DNA of 32,105 nucleotides from an uncultured Ruminococcus sp. (GTDB taxonomy: Bacteria; Bacillota; Clostridia; Oscillospirales; CAG-272). A program made the translations under genes and the position numbers. Every line of letters begins with the position of its first letter. The first letter of the stretch is position 1. The stretch covers positions 1 to 32,105 of the forward strand of contig CAYXDB010000004.1 of the NCBI GenBank assembly GCA_964463735.1. Direction: 5' to 3'. The notes under the pieces are model-generated. The model was not told the origin of the DNA, did no database searches, and worked only from the letters and a program-made list of their open reading frames with translations. Positions 24,944 through 32,105 of the stretch are shown here, in pieces.

Positions 24944-27900
24944 TTGACCGACCGTGATCCGAAAAACATGGCAAAGAGCGATGATTCGATCAAAGATCTT
25001 TTGGAGCGTCTGCGCCGCACCGCGGCTGGCATCCGGGAAGAAGATGCCGTAGCGCAGGAAGCGCCTGCCACACAGGCGCCGGAGGAGGAGAGACCGCAGG
25101 AGGAAGAAGCTCCGACCGTAGAGCTGGTGGAAGACCTGGAAGACTGGGATGCATCGGATGACGACGCAGCCCCCTGGGACGAGGACGAGGATGCCCCCGT
25201 GACCGCGGATGACCGCGCAGAGCAGGAAGGGGAGGCGCCCCTTTCAGATGACGCCGTCATTGCCGCATTTTTTGAAGAAACGCCCGATGCCCCTGCCGCC
25301 CCGCAGGAGGAAGCGGCGCCGCCCGCTCCCGCGCCTTCTCCTGTGCAGAAAGAGGCCCCTGCACCCGCACCGGCCACACCGCCATCTGATACAACACCGC
25401 CGGAGAGCGTGACGGTCGAGGACTTTGCCTCTGCCATCGCCTGGCGCAAAGATATCACAGAGGCAGAACGCCCGCAGGAGACAGCGGAGTTCTCCTACCT
25501 CCAGCACGCCGCAGAAGGGAGGCAGAACGCACCGGTGAAGCCGGAGGTCGTTCCCGATCTGGTGCCCGGCGCCGCAGGAGAAGAAGAAGCGGAGGAGGCG
25601 GACGTCCTCGCTGCGCCGGTCAGCGTATGGGAGATATCCTCTGCACCGCGCCCCACCAAGGCGGCACCACCGCAGGCACATGTTTCCGAGCAGGAGACCG
25701 CCATGCTGTTCCGCCCCGGGCAGGTGAGCGCCGAGGAAGATCGCCGCAATCGCCTGCACCGGAATGAAGTGGCCATGGGCTTGGATATGGCCCAGGATGT
25801 CGTAGAACCGAATGCTGAGAACGGTTATGCGGTCGAGGTACAGGTAGAGCGTGCCGGGGCACCGGTGGCAGAAATGCCGCCTGCCACACCGGCCGCTCCC
25901 GCCCCCGCGGCACCCGCCACGCCGCCTCCCACCCACCGGGAAGCCCCGGTGGAGACCATCCACGTGGAGGAAGAAGACGATGATTTTACCGGTTCTTTCT
26001 CGCAAATGCTGGGAAAACGCGCGGCAGGTGATCGCCGCCCGTCCCCCAGCACCCCTGCCTCCGTGCAGGAGCCTGTGAGCCCCGCTCCGATCGTCGGGGA
26101 ACAGATGGCCATGGATCTTTCGGCGCCTGCGCCGGTCGCCGCCACGCCGGAAGCGGCACAGCCGTCCAAAGCACCGGAAGCAGAGAAAGACGTCCCGTCG
26201 CCCGTGGCAGTTGAGGAAGCAGAGGAAGTCGAAGAGATCGAAGAAGTCGAAGAGATCGAAGAAGTCGAAGAGATCGAGGAGATCGAGGAGATCGAGGAGA
26301 TCGAGGGGATCGAGGAAGTGGAGGAACTTGCGGAAGGGGATACCGCGCCCGCCCGGACGGATAGCCCCGCGCAGGATCCTTCACGCGTGCCCGCCTTCCT
26401 GCGGGAAGAGACGCCCGTGGGGGTAGCCACGCCGGAGACGGTGCGTGCCGTCCCCCCCACCGATCCCACGCCCGATCCGCGCCAGACGCGCCCGCACTTC
26501 ACCGGGACGCCGGAGATCAGCGCCTCCGTGGCGGCACGGCGCATCCGTGCGATCGCCGACCCGGCCGATACTCTGTATCGGGACAGTGAGAGAAAAGACG
26601 AGTACACCTCCCGCAGTCAGATCGGCTGCATCGCCAAACGCTTTGCCAGGGTCCTGGCTATGCAGACGGTGCGTATCGTGATCCTGGCTCTCCTGTGCAC
26701 CTTCTTCTGCTTCTCAGAAAATCTGGGCCTGCACCTGGGGGGGCTGTTCGACGTGCCGCAGAGCGCCGTCGCCATCGATCTGATCGGCGTGGCGGTATGC
26801 CTTTTGCTGTCGCTGGATGCCTTGTTCTATGCCTGGCGCAATCTCTTGCGCGGCAAGGTCGTGTCAGAGCTATATCTGGCACTGCTCCTGCTGGTGCCCG
26901 CGCTGTATGACATCATTTTGTATTTCTCCGTGGGGGAGGAGATGCCTCCGCTTTTAGGCGTGCTGCCCGCTTTTGCCGCACTGATACTGGCCATCGCAGA
27001 CCAGAGAAAGAATTACAGCGATTTCGTTGCCTTCCGTTTCCTGGCGTCCGCCGGGGATAAATTGGCCTGCGCCGTAGAGCGCGGCCGTAAGACGAAGGCG
27101 GAGGTCGCCGCCCTGTCCGACTTGCCGGAACAGGAAGGGACGCGGGTCGTCAGCGTGAAGAAAGTGGACTTTACCAACGGCTTCTTTACGCGTATCCACC
27201 GCAATTGTGAGGACGGCCGCAAGAACCTGATCTTACTGCCCGTGGCGCTTGCCTTTGCGATCACGGTCGCTGTGATCGTGGGCGTCACGGCCTCCAGCGC
27301 GACGATGGCGCTGTATGCGTTCTGCCTGGCGATGGCCGCCGGCCTGCCTACCTGCTTCTTCACCCTGCATAAACTGACCTACGCCCGCCTGCAACGTGTG
27401 GCACAGCGCCATCACTGCACGGTGGTCGGGGAAGTGTCCGCGGTCGAGTACAGCGATACAGGCGCGCTCGCCTTTGAAGATGTGGAAGCATTCCCGGCGC
27501 AGAATCTGCGCGTGCGGCGCATCAAACTGCATGGCAATGCCGCGCTGGATCGCGTGATGTACCAGGTCGCCAGCGCCTTCTCGGTCGTGGGTGGCCCGCT
27601 GGACTCCCGTTTCCGTAATGCCACCGCCGATCTGGGCATCTCTTCGGATGTGGCGCTCCTGCGCACCAGTGACAGCGGCATCGTCTGCGCGGTGGACGGC
27701 CACGAGATCATGATCGGGAATGGCGAGTTCCTGTTGCATAACCGCGTGCACATCAATTATGACCCGGAGGACGAGGCCCAGTTGTCTGGCGGACGCGTAT
27801 GCATCATGTACGCGGCTGAGGACGGGGTGCTCCTGGGGAAATTTTACGTTCAGTATAAGATGGACGATGCCTTTGAAAAAGACGTGGAGCAACTTTCCAA

Positions 27901-28291
27901 ACGTGGGATCCGGACGCTGTTGCGCACCTATGACCCCAATATCCGCGATACCCTGATCGGGAAGATCAGTTACACCGATACCCTGGGCCTGCGCGTGGTC
28001 AAAAAGACGGTCGAGCAGAAGGATGACTTTGCCTGCCGGAAACTCAATAGCGGCATCGTCTCCCGCGCGACGGCCCGGGATATTCTGCGCACGCTGTTTG
28101 CCGGGCGCCGGGCCTGCCGGATGATCAGCATCCTGGAGATCTTTGCCCTGGCATTTTCCGGCACCTGTTTGGTCACCTCTGTCGTCCTGGCGGCACTCGG
28201 CCTGTTGCCGGCCCTTTCTCCGCTATGGCTGGTAGGGATCGAGGCGCTGGGCGTCCTTCTGCCCGTGCTGGCTACGGAAATCTATATTTAA
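24944..28291 (+). CDS. large membrane protein: acidic Pro/Ala/Glu-rich N-terminus plus degenerate P1B-type ATPase-like C-terminal half
   Basis: 1115-aa ORF with a TTG start behind a GGGGTGA RBS. Eight hydrophobic segments in P1B arrangement and N/P-domain-like segments, but no DKTGT, TGE or GDGxND motifs. Confidence 0.7.
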   Translation: MTDRDPKNMAKSDDSIKDLLERLRRTAAGIREEDAVAQEAPATQAPEEERPQEEEAPTVELVEDLEDWDASDDDAAPWDEDEDAPVTADDRAEQEGEAPLSDDAVIAAFFEETPDAPAAPQEEAAPPAPAPSPVQKEAPAPAPATPPSDTTPPESVTVEDFASAIAWRKDITEAERPQETAEFSYLQHAAEGRQNAPVKPEVVPDLVPGAAGEEEAEEADVLAAPVSVWEISSAPRPTKAAPPQAHVSEQETAMLFRPGQVSAEEDRRNRLHRNEVAMGLDMAQDVVEPNAENGYAVEVQVERAGAPVAEMPPATPAAPAPAAPATPPPTHREAPVETIHVEEEDDDFTGSFSQMLGKRAAGDRRPSPSTPASVQEPVSPAPIVGEQMAMDLSAPAPVAATPEAAQPSKAPEAEKDVPSPVAVEEAEEVEEIEEVEEIEEVEEIEEIEEIEEIEGIEEVEELAEGDTAPARTDSPAQDPSRVPAFLREETPVGVATPETVRAVPPTDPTPDPRQTRPHFTGTPEISASVAARRIRAIADPADTLYRDSERKDEYTSRSQIGCIAKRFARVLAMQTVRIVILALLCTFFCFSENLGLHLGGLFDVPQSAVAIDLIGVAVCLLLSLDALFYAWRNLLRGKVVSELYLALLLLVPALYDIILYFSVGEEMPPLLGVLPAFAALILAIADQRKNYSDFVAFRFLASAGDKLACAVERGRKTKAEVAALSDLPEQEGTRVVSVKKVDFTNGFFTRIHRNCEDGRKNLILLPVALAFAITVAVIVGVTASSATMALYAFCLAMAAGLPTCFFTLHKLTYARLQRVAQRHHCTVVGEVSAVEYSDTGALAFEDVEAFPAQNLRVRRIKLHGNAALDRVMYQVASAFSVVGGPLDSRFRNATADLGISSDVALLRTSDSGIVCAVDGHEIMIGNGEFLLHNRVHINYDPEDEAQLSGGRVCIMYAAEDGVLLGKFYVQYKMDDAFEKDVEQLSKRGIRTLLRTYDPNIRDTLIGKISYTDTLGLRVVKKTVEQKDDFACRKLNSGIVSRATARDILRTLFAGRRACRMISILEIFALAFSGTCLVTSVVLAALGLLPALSPLWLVGIEALGVLLPVLATEIYI
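26213..26329 (+). repeat. in-frame 9-nt tandem repeat (13 units) encoding (EE[VIAL])n
   Basis: GAGGAAGCA GAGGAAGTC GAAGAGATC GAAGAAGTC ... GAGGAGATC x3 ... GAGGAACTT. Confidence 0.9.
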
Positions 28292-28300
28292 GGGAGCATT

Positions 28301-30154
28301 ATGGATAATCGAGTAGAACGGATGGCAGGTGTCCTGCGCTCCGTGGAAAAACCCGGCCGCTATACCGGCGGTGAATTCAATCAGATCATCAAGGACAAGG
28401 CCAGCGTGCGTTGCCGCTTCGCCTTCGTATTCCCGGATGTGTATGAGATCGGCATGTCCAACCTGGGCATCCGCATCCTCTACCACGCCCTGAACCTGCA
28501 ACCGGATGTGTGGTGTGAGCGCGCTTACACCCCCTGGCCGGATATGCAGGAGAAGATGCAGGCATGCGACCTCCCCATGACGGCGCACGAGAGCGGCGAC
28601 CCGCTGGGGGAATTTGATATCGTCGGCTTTACCCTGCAATACGAACTGTGCTATACCAATGTCCTGAAGACATTGATGCTGGCGCACATCCCCCTCCGCT
28701 CCGCAGACCGCGGGGAAGAGGACCCCATCATCATCGGCGGCGGCCCCTGCAGTTATAATGCGGAGCCGATTGCAGATTTCTTTGATCTTTTCAGCATCGG
28801 TGAGGGAGAGGAGGCTCTGCCGGAACTCTGCCGCACCTATATTGAAATGAAAGAAAATGGGACATATACGCGGGCAGCATTTTTGCATGAGATGGCGCGG
28901 CACCCTGGCTTTTACGTGCCCTCACTGTATGACGTGTCGTATAACGAGGATGGGACGATCCATGCCTTCACGCCCCGCTATGACGACATCCCGTGCAAGA
29001 TCACCAAGCGCATTATCGAGGATATGGACCAGGCGCTCTATCCGGAAAAACTGGTCCTGCCGTATATTGAGACCGTCCACGATCGCGTAGTGCTGGAGGT
29101 CTACCGCGGCTGTATCCGCGGTTGCCGCTTCTGCCAGGCGGGCATGACCTACCGTCCCATTCGGGAAAAATCGCCCGAGGTGCTTTGCAAGAATGCCAAA
29201 TGCCTGTATGAAAATACCGGCTATGATGAGATATCGCTGATCTCACTCAGCATCAGTGACTATTCACGCCTGGGCGAGTTGACCGATGGTCTGCTCTCAT
29301 GGACGGATGATGCGCACGTCAGCATCTCGCTGCCTTCTCTGCGCGTGGACAGCTTTACCGAGGAACTTATGAACAAGATCTCCACGGTGCGTACCGGCGG
29401 GCTCACCTTCGCGCCGGAGGCCGGTACACAGCGCCTGCGGGATGCGATCAATAAGAATGTTGACGAAGAGGATCTGCTCCGCGCGGTCAATATCGCTTTT
29501 TCAGCCGGAAAAAGCAGTGTGAAGCTCTACTTCATGCTGGGCCTGCCTACCGAGGAGATGGAGGATCTGGATGGGATCGCGGCCCTGGCCGATAAGGTCG
29601 TGGACGCCTTCTATCGCAATCCTAAGCATAATCGCGCCAAGGGCATCACCGTCACCATCAGCGTGGCCTGCTTCATTCCCAAGCCCTTCACCCCGTTCCA
29701 GTGGGAGGCACAGGACACCCTGGAAAAATTGGAGGAAAAGCAGAAATACTTAGGTGAAAAGATCACCAACAAACGTGTGCGCTATCATTATCATGATGCC
29801 CGCGTCTCGCAGATCGAGGCCGTGTTCGCCCGGGGCGACCGGCGCCTGGCCCCCGCCATCGAACTGGCATGCCGCGAGGGACGTATGTTCGATGCGTGGG
29901 ATGAATACTTTGATTATGACCACTGGATGAGCGTTTTTGCCCGCACCGGGGTCGACCCCGCCTTTTATGCCAACCGTCAGTTCGGCCGGGATGAGGTGCT
30001 CCCCTGGGATCTGATCGATTGCGGCGTCACACGCGCCTATCTGTGGCGTGAGCGCGAGAAAGCCTACGCGCATATCACGACCCCTAGCTGTGCGGAGCAC
30101 TGTAACGGCTGTGGGGCCAACTGCCTGGGAGGGAAGAACCGATGGTGCAAGTGA
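28301..30154 (+). CDS. TIGR03960-type B12-binding-like radical SAM protein
   Basis: VEKPGRYTGGE, FPDVYEIGMSNLG, CxxxCxxC motif RGCIRGCRFCQAG, LTFAPEAGTQRLR, KLYFMLGLPTE and a C-terminal Cys cluster. Confidence 0.92.
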   Translation: MDNRVERMAGVLRSVEKPGRYTGGEFNQIIKDKASVRCRFAFVFPDVYEIGMSNLGIRILYHALNLQPDVWCERAYTPWPDMQEKMQACDLPMTAHESGDPLGEFDIVGFTLQYELCYTNVLKTLMLAHIPLRSADRGEEDPIIIGGGPCSYNAEPIADFFDLFSIGEGEEALPELCRTYIEMKENGTYTRAAFLHEMARHPGFYVPSLYDVSYNEDGTIHAFTPRYDDIPCKITKRIIEDMDQALYPEKLVLPYIETVHDRVVLEVYRGCIRGCRFCQAGMTYRPIREKSPEVLCKNAKCLYENTGYDEISLISLSISDYSRLGELTDGLLSWTDDAHVSISLPSLRVDSFTEELMNKISTVRTGGLTFAPEAGTQRLRDAINKNVDEEDLLRAVNIAFSAGKSSVKLYFMLGLPTEEMEDLDGIAALADKVVDAFYRNPKHNRAKGITVTISVACFIPKPFTPFQWEAQDTLEKLEEKQKYLGEKITNKRVRYHYHDARVSQIEAVFARGDRRLAPAIELACREGRMFDAWDEYFDYDHWMSVFARTGVDPAFYANRQFGRDEVLPWDLIDCGVTRAYLWREREKAYAHITTPSCAEHCNGCGANCLGGKNRWCK

Positions 30155-30858
30155 TCTTGTCGGATGAATGCCTGGATCCGCCCCGCACATTACGCATCTG
30201 CTTTCAGAAGGTGGGCGCCCTGCAGTACATCTCGCATCTGGACCTGATGCGCACGATGACCCGTGTCATGGCACGGGCCCACCTGCCGATCCGCTATACC
30301 GGCGGCTTTAATCCCAAACCGCACCTGGTCTTTTCGGCCCCTCTGTCCCTTGGCACGCAAAGCCCGCGGGAATACGTGGATGTCACCGTGCTGAAGCCGG
30401 TGGATCTGGACGCCGTGCGCATAGCGCTCAATGCCGGTCTCCCGCCGGAGCTGGCCGTACAGGAAGTCTATTATGCCGAGACAAAACTCAGCGATATCGC
30501 CGGCGCAGTGTATGAATTCGTCATCTATACCGCCGGCGCCGATGCGGCGCTGGCAGAACGGTGCCAGACCGCGCTCAATTCCGGCAATGTCGTGGTGTTC
30601 AAACGCACCAAGAGCGGGGATAAGGATGTGAACGTCAGTGGCGCCATCCAGGCGGCACAGGCCGATCTCGATCCGGCACAGGGGGCCCTGCACCTTTGCG
30701 TGACCCTGCGGTCGGATAGCGGCAGTTTCCTGAACCCGGAGTACCTGATACGGTTCCTCTCCCGGGAACTGGGCATCCTGCAGGGGGACCCCACAGCAGA
30801 ATACTACGCTATCACACGCACCCATCTCCTGACAGCAGGAGGGGACGACTTCCGCTAA
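30142..30858 (+). CDS. TIGR03936-type radical SAM-linked protein (DUF2344)
   Basis: YISHLDLMRTM.R...RAHLPIRYTGGFNPKPHLVFSAPLSLG. Overlaps the stop codon of the radical SAM gene. Confidence 0.9.
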   Translation: MVQVILSDECLDPPRTLRICFQKVGALQYISHLDLMRTMTRVMARAHLPIRYTGGFNPKPHLVFSAPLSLGTQSPREYVDVTVLKPVDLDAVRIALNAGLPPELAVQEVYYAETKLSDIAGAVYEFVIYTAGADAALAERCQTALNSGNVVVFKRTKSGDKDVNVSGAIQAAQADLDPAQGALHLCVTLRSDSGSFLNPEYLIRFLSRELGILQGDPTAEYYAITRTHLLTAGGDDFR

Positions 30859-31223
30859 AGGATGTTGTCCCACCGGATGCACAGGAGCGTGCCTATATGC
30901 TGTAATGAATGGCATAACTCAGCGGCAAGGATCTGATAATCGTTGCCGCTTTTGATCTGCGCCGCCTGGCGCAGACCGGCGATTTCCGTCTCTATCTGGT
31001 CAAATTCGTTGTGGTGCAGGACCAGCGAGAGCGGGAGGGCCAGTTCCTCCCACCCGGCCGCCACGGCTTGCGTGGCGGCCGGGCGCTTTTCTTTTGGCAC
31101 GTCATAGAGTCCCTTTGCCTGTTGCTCAAGATCTTCTACGGCCTTTGAGAGATACAGGGAACTTGTCAGTGCCCCTACCGTCAAAATAGAGAAGAGAAGT
31201 AGTGCCGCGATAAAAGCCCGCAC
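30855..31223 (-). CDS. DUF4363 family small membrane-anchored protein
   Basis: N-terminal TM helix, W....LSLVLHHNEFDQIE and C-terminal WDNIL. GTG start with GGAGG RBS, directly behind DUF421. Confidence 0.72.
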   Translation of the reverse strand: MRAFIAALLLFSILTVGALTSSLYLSKAVEDLEQQAKGLYDVPKEKRPAATQAVAAGWEELALPLSLVLHHNEFDQIETEIAGLRQAAQIKSGNDYQILAAELCHSLQHIGTLLCIRWDNIL

Positions 31224-31235
31224 GCGCCATCCTCC

Positions 31236-31907
31236 TTATCGTTCCTTTTGTGTGATGGATACCTCACCGGCATCGTTCACTGTCATCAAAAACACCTCTT
31301 CTATTCGTAGGCCCTGTGTTGCGCAGGCCGCGCGGAGGCGCGCGCGATCCCACCCCAGCCGGGCCAGCTGGTCATCGTGGACCTGCCCGTCCAGTATGAG
31401 CGGGTGTGCTAACCCCCGATGCAGGGGAGATAGGTGCAGGTCACTTGGCGTCAGCGGCCGCTCGCCCGTTTTTGGCAGGATCGAGAGTTGCCCGTCCTGC
31501 TCCAGGATCGCGTAGTCGATCTCACGTAGATCCGCATATCCCTGCAAACGGCATTCGCCCAGCAGTTCCTCGATCGATAACCGCATGCGTGCCAATTCGC
31601 GCTGGTCCAGCCTTCCTTTATATATTAAGAAGCTGGGCCGCCCCTCCAAGATCTTCTTCAGAAGATGGGATTTGTTTTTCAGATACGTCAGCAGGATCTC
31701 TAAGGACAGGATCAGGAGCACTGGTAAAAGCCCGTTCAATAGCGGCATGTTGTGGTCCGCGATGGGGAGCGCTGCTACTTCCGAGAGCAGGAGCGTGGCG
31801 ACCAGATCAGAAAGTTCCAGTTCTCCCACCTGCCGCTTGCCCATCAGGCGGAGCACCAGGGAGACAAGGAAGTATACGATCAGCGTGCGGAAGAATATCG
31901 TTGCCAT
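31236..31907 (-). CDS. DUF421 (YetF-like) membrane protein
   Basis: RLMGKRQVGELELSDLV, LEGRPSFLIYKG and YAILEQDGQLSILPK. AAGGAGG RBS. Confidence 0.9.
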   Translation of the reverse strand: MATIFFRTLIVYFLVSLVLRLMGKRQVGELELSDLVATLLLSEVAALPIADHNMPLLNGLLPVLLILSLEILLTYLKNKSHLLKKILEGRPSFLIYKGRLDQRELARMRLSIEELLGECRLQGYADLREIDYAILEQDGQLSILPKTGERPLTPSDLHLSPLHRGLAHPLILDGQVHDDQLARLGWDRARLRAACATQGLRIEEVFLMTVNDAGEVSITQKER

Positions 31908-31930
31908 GGGTTCCTCCTTTTGCCTGTGGA

Positions 31931-31959
31931 TAGTATGGGCGGGCAGGGAAAAGATATGC
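31931..31959 (-). promoter_or_regulatory. sigma-G-like promoter of DUF421-DUF4363
   Basis: GCATA-17 nt-CATACTA on the minus strand, matching the sigma-G consensus. Confidence 0.7.
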
Positions 31960-32050
31960 GCCCTCTTGTATTATGCCCCGGGGAATGATGCCAGCGGGAG
32001 GGAAAAAGAAGTTTTTTGAGGAAAAAAAGCGGCTTTTTTTCCAATACCCC

Positions 32051-32079
32051 TTGACAAACCGAAAAAAACATGGTATACT
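32051..32079 (+). promoter_or_regulatory. sigma-A promoter firing out of the window
   Basis: TTGACA-17 nt-TATACT with extended TG and upstream A/T tracts. Confidence 0.8.
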
Positions 32080-32105
32080 TTCAAAGCCTGCGCGGGGGAG
32101 AGCCC

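Noticed and set aside
26213-26329. Possible CRISPR or non-coding repeat
   Set aside because: It is a spacer-less, in-frame 9-nt coding repeat.

Overview
GC-rich chromosomal segment from a spore-forming Clostridia-type Firmicute; an Oscillospiraceae/Ruminococcaceae-like origin is inferred from gene content only. It holds about 25 CDS and one tRNA-Gln(CTG). Sporulation genes: spoVAF/gerA-like, SipL-like SPOCS-LysM, spoIVA, gpr-like, sigH-like, DUF421/DUF4363. Sugar-metabolism genes: LUD protein, fucO, GH39, AraC, MFS, pgm, Gfo/Idh/MocA, galM. RNA-related genes: trmB, rlmB, DUF523/TudS-like. Also an orphan OppA-like lipoprotein and a TIGR03960/TIGR03936-type radical SAM pair. No CRISPR array, transposase or integrase was seen. 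The most unusual signals are: (1) a 1115-aa membrane protein that looks like a catalytically dead, actuator-less P1B-type ATPase with a long acidic low-complexity N-terminus, tightly coupled to rlmB and the radical SAM pair; (2) a 63-nt tRNA-shaped element with a stunted anticodon arm between the sigH-like gene and a double Zn-ribbon gene; (3) an array of c(RNA)g triloop hairpins behind the tRNA; (4) a structured MITE-like intergenic element. All calls come from reading motifs by eye; no searches were run.
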